From a virus: a stretch of 64,000 nt of DNA. Positions within the stretch are counted from its first letter, which is position 1; each line of letters begins with the position of its first letter. Below the pieces are notes generated by a model. It was not told the DNA's origin. It saw nothing but the letters and a program-made list of their open reading frames with translations, and searched no databases. This document shows, one piece after another, positions 28,128 to 38,888 of this stretch. Location: the IMG/VR virus record IMGVR_UViG_3300037333_000013, positions 1-64,000 of that record, one strand, 5' to 3'. Position numbers and translations under genes: made by a program.

Positions 28128-29291
28128 CTACTCCTCACTCTTTACATATTTGATTAACATCAATATAATGATGCCATACTTGTATTTCTCAAATGTTTGA
28201 TATTGGAAATACTCTTTTGCTAACTCTAAGAGTGTCTCCTTTTGCACTTCTCCACTGTTCATATAGGAATTCACTAAGAACTCTATCTTCGTTGCACCAT
28301 CTCTACCAATATCGTTCATGAGATAGAACGTGTCATCTACTGGTAATGTCTCTGTCTCATTAATAAGGTTAATATCTCCATCTGTACTCATCGCATAATC
28401 TATATCATAAGTTAAGTTATTCCCTAACTTTCTCATATAGAGTTCTCCATCATAGTACTCGAAGTTATATCTCTTATACATTGGGTTTGTCATATTGAGC
28501 ATCATTAAGTCACTGCGTTTGATGAGTGCGTGAATGATTGTATTGTCAAAGTACTCAATGTGATTATTAAACTGGTTACACTTACCACCAACAATATAGT
28601 AGTATAATGTATTTAACAATGGATCAAAGTATACTTCATCTTCATAAGTTAAAAGAAACATATCTCTCTTTGAGTAGAAGAGTGTATTATAGTCTTTATC
28701 AATCATCTGATAGAGTGTGTCTAAGTCCTCATATGTCTTTAACTCATTGTTCTTCAATAATGGTTTCGATGTCAAGTACTCTCTGTTTCTATTAAATGTA
28801 TACTCATCAACAGAACGCTCAATGAGCATTGGGTGCATCGTAATGTCTGAACTCGTTAACATAAAGATAGAGTATTCTATCTCATAGACATCTCTTAAGT
28901 ACATGCTCTTTCGTGTGACACTGTCTACTTTAAAGATAGCTTCTTCACCGCCAAGTATCTTTGCGACGAACACATCATTGACGTTTGGTTTAAAGAATGC
29001 TGTACTTGCTGTTCCAGTAATGTCAGACGACGTAGAGCCACTAAGTGGTGACGTGACTCTTAATGGTATGTGATACCTAATATATTGTTGCTCTGTCTCT
29101 GGTAAGTCTGGGTCTGGTAGACTGAGTGTATCGTTCGATGTGGTGCTGTTCTTAAAGTACTCTACGTCCCAATCTGTCCCACCAATCATCGTGATGGACT
29201 GTGCGTCTAATTCATCTTCTTCTAATCGTACCTGAGATACAATCGTGTCATCTGTTGGTGTCACTGTGAGTGTTGGAAACTCTTCTATCAT
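28128..29291 (-). CDS. Virion structural protein
   Basis: IGG..W.VEYF, QQY......LRVTSPL, PNVNDVF.A and YFDP motifs recalled from phiKZ-like virion proteins. Confidence 0.55.
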   Translation of the reverse strand: MIEEFPTLTVTPTDDTIVSQVRLEEDELDAQSITMIGGTDWDVEYFKNSTTSNDTLSLPDPDLPETEQQYIRYHIPLRVTSPLSGSTSSDITGTASTAFFKPNVNDVFVAKILGGEEAIFKVDSVTRKSMYLRDVYEIEYSIFMLTSSDITMHPMLIERSVDEYTFNRNREYLTSKPLLKNNELKTYEDLDTLYQMIDKDYNTLFYSKRDMFLLTYEDEVYFDPLLNTLYYYIVGGKCNQFNNHIEYFDNTIIHALIKRSDLMMLNMTNPMYKRYNFEYYDGELYMRKLGNNLTYDIDYAMSTDGDINLINETETLPVDDTFYLMNDIGRDGATKIEFLVNSYMNSGEVQKETLLELAKEYFQYQTFEKYKYGIIILMLIKYVKSEE

Positions 29292-30775
29292 CTATTCTCC
29301 TTTAGTATCACACTGATATAAGATGTGAGTACTGTTAACATTGCATATTTGTCATTCTCAAAATAACTCAAGTCTAAGTTGATGTTCTGTATGACACCAG
29401 ATGAGAGTAAGTTTCCTCTATTCTCAAACCAATCTTTCTCTTCTGTATCGAGTGTCTCTTTAAAGAATGCTTTGTCACCTGCACTATACGTTAAAAGTAC
29501 CTCTCTTGCCTCTGACGTATGTGTGCTTATGTTTGGTTGTACTCTAACCATCACCCTATATAAGTTCTCAATGTTTAATGGATCTCGTGTTCTTACTGTC
29601 ATCTCTTCATCGACATATATCTCATTGTCGGATAACTCACCATCTTCATAAAGTGCCAAGTAGAAGAATGTGCTGTCTATGGTTGTCATATACTCACGTA
29701 CATCACGCATATATGATAATACATTGTCAGAGATAGATACAGAACCTAAGTCTAACAATGAGAAGAGCCTTGTATCATCTTCTTTATCCATTAAACAGAG
29801 TACAGAGAATAAGTTTAGCATAGATGGAATACGCTCAATTTGTGACTCAATATCTAAACGTGGTATCTGAACGTACCCTCGATTCGCAACAGACTCCATT
29901 GCAACATAGAGCCAATCTGTCGATGTGAGTCCATTTTGCATCGCAATCTCACCAATGTATCGCTTATCAACAATCGACTGACGCTCTTTCAAAACGAGTA
30001 CTTCTCTTGGTAGGAGTTTATTATGCACCACATAACGGTAGTCTACATCTACATACTCTGCCTTATCGAATTCTATCTCATAGTTGAATGTTGCAATGTA
30101 CTCCCCTCTATCTTTATCTTTATCAATGTCTGAGAACTTTGGTATGTTTCTAAAGTATCCCGTCACATTCAACTGCTTCTCTAACATAGCTAACTCTTTT
30201 GGGATACCATCTTGTGTAAATACGAGGTTTAAGTTGTCTTCCATAATAGATTCTATGTACTCTTTAAAGTCTAACACTATCTGCTCCTCTTTATACTTAA
30301 AAACAATATAGAGCATCTTCAGGATACTCCTATTGATATAGTAATGGTATGTGATAGTTTGTTTATGCGAAGTCCTTCTATCTAGTATAAACTGTTCTAA
30401 TCGCTTAACAAAGTCATTCACTTCGGTTTGGCTCTTTGACTTGAACGTAAACGTCACTGTCAACTTTGTTCTTGTGTAGACTGGTTTAATCGCTATCTCT
30501 TTATCCCTTAGAATGTAAGGCACTCTGTTTCCATCTTTTACAATAATTCCGAAGTCACTTCTAGACTCTGTATAAGATACGTTAATAATGTTTGGGTGTA
30601 TATCTTCATCGCTGTCTTCTTCGATGTTAAAGTTCTTGTTTGTAATATCTCCAACAGTATATGTAGAGAGTGTCTCTACCTTTCCAAAGAGTCTTTTTAA
30701 TTCCTCTACTAAAGAGACTGCAACAGACTGTGTGACACTCTTTTGTGTCCCACTTACTGGGTGTCTAAATCTCAT
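29288..30775 (-). CDS. Virion structural protein
   Basis: IKPVY, ITYHY, EKQ.NV.G.F and YRVM motifs; conserved pairing with the downstream gene. Confidence 0.55.
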   Translation of the reverse strand: MRFRHPVSGTQKSVTQSVAVSLVEELKRLFGKVETLSTYTVGDITNKNFNIEEDSDEDIHPNIINVSYTESRSDFGIIVKDGNRVPYILRDKEIAIKPVYTRTKLTVTFTFKSKSQTEVNDFVKRLEQFILDRRTSHKQTITYHYYINRSILKMLYIVFKYKEEQIVLDFKEYIESIMEDNLNLVFTQDGIPKELAMLEKQLNVTGYFRNIPKFSDIDKDKDRGEYIATFNYEIEFDKAEYVDVDYRYVVHNKLLPREVLVLKERQSIVDKRYIGEIAMQNGLTSTDWLYVAMESVANRGYVQIPRLDIESQIERIPSMLNLFSVLCLMDKEDDTRLFSLLDLGSVSISDNVLSYMRDVREYMTTIDSTFFYLALYEDGELSDNEIYVDEEMTVRTRDPLNIENLYRVMVRVQPNISTHTSEAREVLLTYSAGDKAFFKETLDTEEKDWFENRGNLLSSGVIQNINLDLSYFENDKYAMLTVLTSYISVILKENR

Positions 30776-30834
30776 GGTGTCTCCTTTCATTAGTCAGAAA
30801 AATTGTTTTATGAAATATATACAAAAGGCATACG

Positions 30835-31650
30835 ATGTTTAAAATACCAGTGAATGATATGGATACAGAAGGATTCTTAGACCATTTAGATTTTAAAAGA
30901 GGAGATACATTCTTCGTGAAAGTAAAGACATCTTTTGCAGATATCTTGAATATTAAACAGCATCTTGAAGATATGATGTCAAGTGGCGTTGATAAGAAGT
31001 TAAAGGGGGTGATAGCGAGGGAGAAGAGTATCCTTAATGCAAAGTGGGATAAAATTATGGATGAGTCTGTTCCTGTAACGATTGGATTTGATGCAAACTT
31101 ATTTATGCTATCAACGTTCTTAAATCAGCACACAAGAGCAAGTTATAAGATGTATGTAGATTACTATACTAGAGTCGATAAAGAGATTACAGCCTTTATT
31201 GGAGATAAAGACTACCGTAACAGAAAACACATCACATTTACCTTTAAAGATGAGAAAGAGGAGATTGCTGTACTAACAAAACAGTTTAATACATTATTAA
31301 ACTTTGAAACAAAGAGTATGCAGAAAGGGAGTATCAAGTCATTGATTATTAGTCGAGATGGATTTATGGACACAACAAAGAACGTTTATAATGTCATTGG
31401 AAAGATTAATGAACGAGAGTATGCAGAGTTTGTAAATAGAAACGCTAAACTCGACCATAAGTTAAAAGTTCTCTTTGAACTCTTAGATGGCGAAGAGGTG
31501 ACGTTCTCTAAGGAGACATTGAAGTCGCTCTCAGAATCTATTAGTGTCTTAGCAGACTTCTCAACAATGATGGGTAAGTTTATCTTAGCAACATACGAGA
31601 CATCATTTATCTTATTTAATATCGATAAAGTTATCAAACACTATGAGTAG
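30835..31650 (+). CDS. Probable internal head protein
   Basis: 271 aa, helical; N-terminal MDTE/GFL resembles a prohead-protease site. Confidence 0.5.
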   Translation: MFKIPVNDMDTEGFLDHLDFKRGDTFFVKVKTSFADILNIKQHLEDMMSSGVDKKLKGVIAREKSILNAKWDKIMDESVPVTIGFDANLFMLSTFLNQHTRASYKMYVDYYTRVDKEITAFIGDKDYRNRKHITFTFKDEKEEIAVLTKQFNTLLNFETKSMQKGSIKSLIISRDGFMDTTKNVYNVIGKINEREYAEFVNRNAKLDHKLKVLFELLDGEEVTFSKETLKSLSESISVLADFSTMMGKFILATYETSFILFNIDKVIKHYE

Positions 31651-31668
31651 GCATATGCCTACTCATAG
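31641..31668. terminator. Perfect 28-bp palindrome at convergent junction
   Basis: CTATGAGTAGGCATATGCCTACTCATAG. Confidence 0.65.
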
Positions 31669-32889
31669 GAGTCCTTTGTTATTGAATGGTGCGTAAGAGA
31701 TGAGTTTCTTTCCTGTCTCTTCATCATGTATCTCTGTGACATACTTAAACGCCTCTTCATTGTCATAGATACATAGATGTATCTTTGGTTTTTTCATCTT
31801 ATTAAAAGCTGGCTTTGTTAGTGTATCTACACCCAACCTAACGACGATTTTTATCTTCTTATAAGGTATCTTCACGAGTTCGGTATTGTTAAACGACTTA
31901 AATACTTTTCCTGTACTTTTATCAATAATCGCGTCAGTGATATCTATCCTTATGAGTCCGTCATTTGCCCACACTGTATCAATGACACGGAACACTTCTG
32001 TTTGCATCTTAAAGAGCAGTCCTGGTGGAGAGAACAATACACTCACAGAGGAACCATTCAACGCTAGGTTCTCCACACAGTTGTAGTATGTATCGCTCTT
32101 TAGTCGCTCTGCTGTTGCAATTGAACGCAATGTATCTTTCGAGAAGAGGTTCTTTGGCTTAATTAAGAGTGGTATTGCTAGGTCATTCTCTTGATGTTCA
32201 GTAACCCAATCAATAATCTCTGAGTCAGATGTGAGACTAATTGTGTAGTTCGTATCTGATAATACTTTATGAATGGTGTTGTTCTTTACCGCTACATCTT
32301 CTTTCTTCACGGCAAGTGATGTAGATACAGATACATACGCTTTACGTTTATCAGATTTTAAATAGATAAGGGTGTTTCCTATTAACCAAAAAGGTGACGG
32401 TACCTTTGGCTCCCAATAACTATCTCCTTTCTTATTATAGAGCTTCTCTTTCTCTAATGTCTCGGATAACAATGATAACTCTTCAGCATACCCTTTTAGA
32501 ACCTCAAAGTCACTATGGTTCACTGTGAACGAACTTGACTTTAAATCTCTTATATTAAACGAAAAGTCACTGTCTTGATACCCATTAAAAACACTTCCAG
32601 ATAACATATAACGTAAGAGTTTTCTAGCACCTTTATCTATAAGTAACTTTGTTATCTCTTTCTTTTTGAGCATTTCAGATATGCTCTTTGGAGTATTCTC
32701 ACACCACCCATAAAAGTAGTGTTCCGGTATCACATACTCTGTTGGTTTGAGTTTCTTTGTTGCTGGTACATAACCATTGATACTTGCTACTAATGACTTA
32801 GGTCCTGTTCTCCCTAACTTCTTATTCTGTTTAATGTCAAACCCAAACAGAATGAACTTATCGTTGACTTCTACAATATGTAATATCAT
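31663..32889 (-). CDS. Divergent homolog of phiKZ gp155-type RNase H-associated protein
   Basis: YWEP, PPGL.F, DITD and VRLGVDTL...FNKMKKPKIHL resemble the C-terminal region of phiKZ-type RNase H; no clear catalytic DG motif. Confidence 0.4.
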   Translation of the reverse strand: MILHIVEVNDKFILFGFDIKQNKKLGRTGPKSLVASINGYVPATKKLKPTEYVIPEHYFYGWCENTPKSISEMLKKKEITKLLIDKGARKLLRYMLSGSVFNGYQDSDFSFNIRDLKSSSFTVNHSDFEVLKGYAEELSLLSETLEKEKLYNKKGDSYWEPKVPSPFWLIGNTLIYLKSDKRKAYVSVSTSLAVKKEDVAVKNNTIHKVLSDTNYTISLTSDSEIIDWVTEHQENDLAIPLLIKPKNLFSKDTLRSIATAERLKSDTYYNCVENLALNGSSVSVLFSPPGLLFKMQTEVFRVIDTVWANDGLIRIDITDAIIDKSTGKVFKSFNNTELVKIPYKKIKIVVRLGVDTLTKPAFNKMKKPKIHLCIYDNEEAFKYVTEIHDEETGKKLISYAPFNNKGLL

Positions 32890-32965
32890 CTTTACCCTTT
32901 ATTTTTATACTATTGAATATACAACCAACTGAATTAAGTGATTTTTACACATAAAAGGATAATGA

Positions 32966-33559
32966 ATGGCTATGCATAACTATACATTTAGTGGAAACTA
33001 CTCTACACTAAATACAAAAAAGAAACTGGAAAGACTCCCAAACAGAGAGATGAAAGAGATGCTAGACTCTGGTATAGATGTCTATACACTCGTCTATAAA
33101 CCATTTGGATTAACACAAGAGGATTTCACTTCTGACTTAAATAGTGGTGTAGAGATAGCCACACTACGTAAACAGAGTGGAGAGTATGTCAGTGTACCAG
33201 AAACCTATGTCTCTAGAGATGTTGATGAATTTAACAATGTGAATTATATTGGTCGTGGGATTGTGATGGATTTAGGGGGAATTCCAGAAGCAGAGAACAT
33301 TGATTCTACGTTGGAGGATATCTTAACGTATATAGAAGCACGATTAGGCATCACTGCAAAGATACGACTCGTAAATACAGCCACTATCTCTGTATCAGAA
33401 GATGACCACACTGCATATGAATCAGAAAGAGAATTATTGAGAAATGATAAGGGAAACTATTACAATCAACTGTTGATGTGCAAAAAAGAAAAAGATAGTC
33501 TCCAGACATACGTAGATAGTCTGGAGGAGTGTATTAAAGAGGAGCTATGTGATTGTTAA
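32966..33559 (+). CDS. Virion structural protein (putative)
   Basis: DVY..VY.P.GL, VPETY and DLG.IP motifs with C-terminal coiled coil, as recalled from phiKZ-like phages. Confidence 0.55.
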   Translation: MAMHNYTFSGNYSTLNTKKKLERLPNREMKEMLDSGIDVYTLVYKPFGLTQEDFTSDLNSGVEIATLRKQSGEYVSVPETYVSRDVDEFNNVNYIGRGIVMDLGGIPEAENIDSTLEDILTYIEARLGITAKIRLVNTATISVSEDDHTAYESERELLRNDKGNYYNQLLMCKKEKDSLQTYVDSLEECIKEELCDC

Positions 33560-34536
33560 TCGATATACTTGATTCGTATCTTCTTACCGTGTGTGATAGT
33601 AAAGAGTCTATTATTGACTCTAATATATGACTCTACCACAGACAGAGCATCTAACACAGTAAAGAGTGCACTATCTGTTGGAATATCGAGTGTAGATAGT
33701 GTGTCAATTGACATCACTTCATCTTTCACTTCTTGAATATCGGTGTGAAGTAGCATCGTGATAGATTTCACTTTGAATACTTCTCCTTTCTTATACGATG
33801 ATTTATTATTCATCGCAATGATGTCTGATAGATATCCACAGAATGTGAGTTTATCTGCCTCGAAGTCCGGTGACTCAAATGCTTCCAGTAACTCATTGCT
33901 ATCCTCTAGCAGACTACCGAAAGATAGTGACGGCATAATAGAACTGATTCTCTCTGCGATGAGTACGTCCACTGTCGCATCAATACGTTTTGGGACGATA
34001 CTGTGCTTCTCCCCTCTTGAGAGTTTTGATAACCATGTCATAACGATACTGTTCATCTCTACCTCTAGAGTTACTTCATCTTCGCCATAACAGATACATC
34101 GTGTATTTCCTCTTATCTTTAACTTTAAGATATCCTCTTTTTCTACGGTTGTTGTTGAAAACTCTGGAACGTTGTTGTAGAGTGGTACAACAGTGTATAC
34201 TTTGTTGTCTACCTCAACTACTTTTTCTACGACTTCTTTTTCATATCTCTGCGTACTACCACCAGTGATTGGTTTCCCCAACTCGTCATATTGAACTGAG
34301 TCAAGTGAACTCGCACCGTTCATCGCATGATTTTGTGTTCCATAGTTATACTGTGGTGTCTTTTGTGTACCATAACTATAACTCTGTTGTTGTTGAATGT
34401 TAGGTTGAATTAGTTTAGGTTGTGGTAACGACATACGTACACCATTTTTCATCACCTCTGTTAAGTATTTTCTTCCGTCATGTGCGATGCCGAATACGTT
34501 TCCGTACGCATCTTCTTCTCTTCCTATAAATTGCAT
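33556..34536 (-). CDS. Hypothetical early protein with Q/Y-rich segment
   Basis: Start MQFIGRE at 34536 (AGGAG RBS); promoter motif at 34592-34600. Confidence 0.65.
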   Translation of the reverse strand: MQFIGREEDAYGNVFGIAHDGRKYLTEVMKNGVRMSLPQPKLIQPNIQQQQSYSYGTQKTPQYNYGTQNHAMNGASSLDSVQYDELGKPITGGSTQRYEKEVVEKVVEVDNKVYTVVPLYNNVPEFSTTTVEKEDILKLKIRGNTRCICYGEDEVTLEVEMNSIVMTWLSKLSRGEKHSIVPKRIDATVDVLIAERISSIMPSLSFGSLLEDSNELLEAFESPDFEADKLTFCGYLSDIIAMNNKSSYKKGEVFKVKSITMLLHTDIQEVKDEVMSIDTLSTLDIPTDSALFTVLDALSVVESYIRVNNRLFTITHGKKIRIKYID

Positions 34537-34591
34537 TGTCTCTCCTGAAAAATTTAATGTTAGTAACCCTTGCAATCGATTACTACACTGA

Positions 34592-34600
34592 AATAATATA
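34592..34600 (-). promoter_or_regulatory. Early promoter motif
   Basis: TATATTATTtcagTGTA. Confidence 0.65.
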
Positions 34601-34626
34601 CAGATATAAAATTACTACTAGCGTAC

Positions 34627-34734
34627 CTACTGGCACACTAGCATTGTAATCCGTAATAGAACGCAGACAAACACTGTGATTGCCGCTGCTCTATATGAAC
34701 GATGTATCTTTTCACTAAGGTTAAATACCGTCAC
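34627..34734 (-). CDS. Possible 35-aa membrane peptide
   Basis: GTG start 5 nt after AGGAG; MTVFNLSEKIHRSYRAAAITVFVCVLLRITMLVCQ; overlaps the end of the upstream gene. Confidence 0.3.
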   Translation of the reverse strand: MTVFNLSEKIHRSYRAAAITVFVCVLLRITMLVCQ

Positions 34735-35059
34735 ATTTATCTCCTAATATTTTCTTAAATGCTTTCTTTGTCGCTTTCACTATACCACTATTAAATACTG
34801 TAATCAACTTCACACTTGCCAATGATGACAGTGAGTAGATGACGACCGCTGTTGTAGAGTGTGCATCAATCACAAACTTCTCTAATACAAATGGTACTAT
34901 CGTCAGTGCGATAAAGATTGATGAAAAAAAGATAGCCATATAATGGCTCATATTTCTTATATCAGTGTGGAATATCTGTGTAAATATTCCTATCAACACA
35001 GCGACACCACACTCGAACGTGTTGTAAAATTCCACGAACTCTTTTGTTGTAAATAACAT
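34721..35059 (-). CDS. Three-TM membrane protein (holin-like)
   Basis: Three hydrophobic helices and a basic C-terminus. Confidence 0.5.
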   Translation of the reverse strand: MLFTTKEFVEFYNTFECGVAVLIGIFTQIFHTDIRNMSHYMAIFFSSIFIALTIVPFVLEKFVIDAHSTTAVVIYSLSSLASVKLITVFNSGIVKATKKAFKKILGDKCDGI

Positions 35060-35617
35060 CTATCCCCCAATAGTATCCTTTGATACCTCTATATGAAATG
35101 CATCATCTCTCAGTAGTGTGATTTTCTTTGTCACAATCTCTCCTGACACCGATGCAGTAAACTCAATTGAACTCCCAGGTCTCATTAATAGTAATGGTAA
35201 GTCATATGCGTCGTTCTCTATGTATACACTGATATTTGTGAGTTCCTTACAACCTGAAGTGAATGTATATGTCATTGCTTCTATATGATGAAACGGTGGT
35301 TCAAATAGACAATAGACACCTTCTTTATTCTCTGTGTTTCCTACAAAATAGACAGGTAACCCACGCACGTCCTTCACACTCTCTTTACCACGCTTGATAG
35401 GTATCAAACTGAATGATGAACCAAACAGTGTCACCGTTCTCTCTTTGTTAAATAATGCATCTTCATAGAGTGTATCTACCACACCTATCGATACACCAAA
35501 TGTACTCTCGTCACTGACATTATACTTAATGTTATAGTGCCTATTACCGTTTATGGTTGTTAACACAGCCTCTACGGGTTCGACACTATTGTCTCTCTTA
35601 ATCTTTCTGATAAACAT
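35060..35617 (-). CDS. Hypothetical protein
   Basis: 185-aa ORF with AGAGG RBS. Confidence 0.65.
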   Translation of the reverse strand: MFIRKIKRDNSVEPVEAVLTTINGNRHYNIKYNVSDESTFGVSIGVVDTLYEDALFNKERTVTLFGSSFSLIPIKRGKESVKDVRGLPVYFVGNTENKEGVYCLFEPPFHHIEAMTYTFTSGCKELTNISVYIENDAYDLPLLLMRPGSSIEFTASVSGEIVTKKITLLRDDAFHIEVSKDTIGG

Positions 35618-35692
35618 ATCAACCTCTTTTATTTATTTAAAAATTCACAAAAAATAGCCTCGTATTGAATGAACTTTAAGAAAGGAGTGATT

Positions 35693-36823
35693 ATGGGTAC
35701 CCCTTTAGGGATAGAAAGTAAAAGTGATTATACTGCTGGGTCTAGTGGTAAACTATTTGCTGGTGAATTTATGACGATGTTAGACAACATCAATACCTCT
35801 ATTGATAAGATACCTGGTTGGGAAAATATTGATAGTGACAAGCGTCTGTTGTTTGCTCTCTCTTCTGCATTGCACATTAATGGATTTACTGTCGGTGGAG
35901 ATGAGAATGACATTACATTAACCAGCAATGGATATGAACGGTTGTTGCTGAAGGATAAAGATACAGTATCTTTTGTAACACCACTTAGCAATACAGATGA
36001 AGTAACATTAACTATTGATTCGTTACGTTCTAGACCACTTGTCACTGATGATGGTATTGTTTTAACAAGTGGGTTCTTAAAAGAGAATCATATGCAGTAT
36101 GCTGTGTATGATGAAGAGAATGATGTCTTTCGTTTAATTAATACCAATGCTGATGCTAGTATGGTCGAAGAGAAGCTAGAAGAGGTAAAAGAGAGCTTAG
36201 AGTATCTCATTCTAGACAACAGGCTCACAGCAGGTATGAATGACAACAACATCATTGATAGAGTGAATGCATTGACTAATCTTGTGCATAGTATGGAAAC
36301 AAAGATAGAAGAACTCTTTGAAAAGAACACTATCTTAGAAGATGCAGTATCAAAACAGCTAGTCAACAACGATGGAACAATAGAGACATATGACGGAATC
36401 AAGTTGGTGTCTGGCGACTTTGCTGGTGTAGAAGGACCAACTGAGTATGTGAAACGATATGTTTCAAAATGGGGTGGTAGCACATTTACAACAAATACGA
36501 GACTCTTTACTATTAAAGAGAACGGAATACAAGTCAACCACGATGGTTACTATCGTGTACATATGAGACAACGTGTAAATAGCAATGGTGAGAATGGATA
36601 TGTCACTATCAGTATCGATGGTGATAGACGTAAGTTAGAAGATAGAGAAGATGGGTTATGGACACATGACCATAGTGATTATGTCAATAACTTTACATCA
36701 TCTATCTATATTGGAAAGTTATATAATGGTGAACTGATTTGTGGTGGATTTAACGAAGCGGAAGATGGCATATACTCAGATGCGGGATATGTTGGTATGT
36801 TGACAGTTGAGAGAATTAAGTAA
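35693..36823 (+). CDS. Tail fibre-like protein
   Basis: F.TP.SNT..VTLTID fibre module, coiled coil, and C-terminal C1q/TNF-like beta domain (IQVNHDGYYRV). Confidence 0.55.
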   Translation: MGTPLGIESKSDYTAGSSGKLFAGEFMTMLDNINTSIDKIPGWENIDSDKRLLFALSSALHINGFTVGGDENDITLTSNGYERLLLKDKDTVSFVTPLSNTDEVTLTIDSLRSRPLVTDDGIVLTSGFLKENHMQYAVYDEENDVFRLINTNADASMVEEKLEEVKESLEYLILDNRLTAGMNDNNIIDRVNALTNLVHSMETKIEELFEKNTILEDAVSKQLVNNDGTIETYDGIKLVSGDFAGVEGPTEYVKRYVSKWGGSTFTTNTRLFTIKENGIQVNHDGYYRVHMRQRVNSNGENGYVTISIDGDRRKLEDREDGLWTHDHSDYVNNFTSSIYIGKLYNGELICGGFNEAEDGIYSDAGYVGMLTVERIK

Positions 36824-36835
36824 GAAAGGATAGAC

Positions 36836-38383
36836 ATGTTAATAGAAGAGTTAGCAGAGAAGATTGATAATGCATTGCAGTCTAGCAATGACATTGCACT
36901 GTTTTATAGAGATTTCTTCACAACAGATGGTGATGTGACATTCACTATGGTAAATGAAGATGGTGATGAAGTCAGTGAGACAGTGAGCAGTTACTTAAAA
37001 CTGAGTGGAGAACTGAAAACATTGATTAGTGATTCGTTCTCAGAGACTATCATGAGTAAAGTAACTGTGGATACTGGCGAACTAGATGAACAATTACGGT
37101 TAGGTACATCGCATGTAGTAAAGGTATTAACAGACCAAGGTGGTACGATTACAAGTAGTGATAGTTTTAATGTACACCACGCTGGAGAGACTGATAATGC
37201 TATCGAATGGGTCACAAACTACTACGATGCACGATACCCAGACTCTGACCTAAATGAGATTACTGCTGAAGATAAGATTCTCACCGCTGATGGAGAGATT
37301 ATTCTTAGACCTAATCTACAAGCTGATGATAGAACAAGTGATGGTGTAGAGATGTCTTTCTCTATGGAAGAAGTAAATCTATTAAGACAAATCATTAACA
37401 GCAAAGAGATTATCGTTGGAACTGAACAAGATAGGGAAGATGGAACATATAGTAGATTATATAAGAATGAGCTACAATTAAAATCTATCCACGAAGATAT
37501 TGGTAATGTGAATGCTGTTCTTAATATGCTTTATAATGGGGAATTACTAGAACTTAATATACTTGACGATGATAGAAATGCATTGGCTAGAGGAATTAAA
37601 TTATATAGCAACAAAGATATATTTCCGAAAATTGATAACTTTGATATACTGACAGCAAGAACCAGATATATATATGTGGATTCTGAGATTGGTGACGATA
37701 CAAATGAGGGAACAAGTCCGGATAGACCTAAGAAGACATTTATTGCTGGATGGAATGCATGTAGATATAGACACGATTGTGTACTTTATCTAGCGGAAGG
37801 TCAAGAGTTTGACGTTGATTCAAATATAGATGCTGGATATAATACACTTATCCGGGTAATTAGACGTGGGTCGACTGACGATGTTGATGACCCAAAACTA
37901 AAGTTTGGTGGTTATCGATACACATCTGGTGATGGGAATGATTATAGTGGTACTAAATATATAAGTGCAAGTTATGGAAGTTCTATTTCTATCGGACATA
38001 TTGAGTTAATACCACCAGGAAAGACGGATGACTTAGATTTCCGAGCGTGGGATTATCAATCTTCACTGATACTCGCATATGGTGCAATATTTATCTCTAT
38101 TAATAATTGTAGCTGTGATATAAGTGGACTAACTAATATTCAAGTGATTAAGCAAACTAAATACAGATCTATTTGTACATTCTCAATTTATGGTTCAGAT
38201 ATCACACTAGGGTCAGAATACTTCTTATACAATAGGTCAAATTCTCCAGTTGTTGCATATATTGACTATGGTAGATTTAGCAATGATGATGACTTAAAAG
38301 ACCAAATGTTTAAAAATGTAATTAGGGACGCTGATACTGGGATGCCGATAAATATCAATTCAAACTTTGATGTGACAAAATAG
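36836..38383 (+). CDS. Tail fibre/tailspike protein
   Basis: YIYVDSEIGDDTNEGTSPDRPKKT motif preceding a beta-helix-like C-terminal region. Confidence 0.65.
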   Translation: MLIEELAEKIDNALQSSNDIALFYRDFFTTDGDVTFTMVNEDGDEVSETVSSYLKLSGELKTLISDSFSETIMSKVTVDTGELDEQLRLGTSHVVKVLTDQGGTITSSDSFNVHHAGETDNAIEWVTNYYDARYPDSDLNEITAEDKILTADGEIILRPNLQADDRTSDGVEMSFSMEEVNLLRQIINSKEIIVGTEQDREDGTYSRLYKNELQLKSIHEDIGNVNAVLNMLYNGELLELNILDDDRNALARGIKLYSNKDIFPKIDNFDILTARTRYIYVDSEIGDDTNEGTSPDRPKKTFIAGWNACRYRHDCVLYLAEGQEFDVDSNIDAGYNTLIRVIRRGSTDDVDDPKLKFGGYRYTSGDGNDYSGTKYISASYGSSISIGHIELIPPGKTDDLDFRAWDYQSSLILAYGAIFISINNCSCDISGLTNIQVIKQTKYRSICTFSIYGSDITLGSEYFLYNRSNSPVVAYIDYGRFSNDDDLKDQMFKNVIRDADTGMPININSNFDVTK

Positions 38384-38389
38384 GAGTAC

Positions 38390-38860
38390 GTGATGGAATT
38401 AAGACTAATTAATAGGATAAAGATAGGTTCTTCAGATTATAGGAACTTATGGACATATGAACAATATGATGATAGTGGTGTAGTAAGATATAATATACCG
38501 GAAGACTTAGGGGAATTTAGGGTTATCGCTATTGATACTTTAAATTGGCTCATAGGCAAGAACGTACTTAAAGTGGCTGGTGGAAAAGCAATTGATGTCG
38601 GTACAGCGAACTCAAAGCTAGGAGTACTACTAGTAAAAGCTGTTTTACAGTTAGGTGTAGACACCACACAATTTACAGAACTAGAACAAGAAACAATCAG
38701 AGACTGTGATGCACTCTATGATGCAGGATATTCTGACAGTGAAAAACTTCGTGATACTGTTGCAACATTGCTTCCGACTATATCCACATTCACTGAGAGA
38801 ATCGCTAGAGTGTCTCAAGCAACGTCACACGAAGAAATTATTGACATACTCAATGAGTAG
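38390..38860 (+). CDS. Probable tail fibre assembly chaperone
   Basis: Follows the fibre gene; ends RVSQATSHEEIIDI, like Tfa/DUF4376 chaperones. Confidence 0.45.
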   Translation: MMELRLINRIKIGSSDYRNLWTYEQYDDSGVVRYNIPEDLGEFRVIAIDTLNWLIGKNVLKVAGGKAIDVGTANSKLGVLLVKAVLQLGVDTTQFTELEQETIRDCDALYDAGYSDSEKLRDTVATLLPTISTFTERIARVSQATSHEEIIDILNE

Positions 38861-38888
38861 AATTATCTGACCACTATAAAGGATTAAT

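Noticed and set aside
30791-30834. TGA(A/T)-containing words in short divergent intergenic regions as late promoters
   Set aside because: They are too short and degenerate to distinguish from AT-rich background by eye; MEME plus TSS data would be needed.
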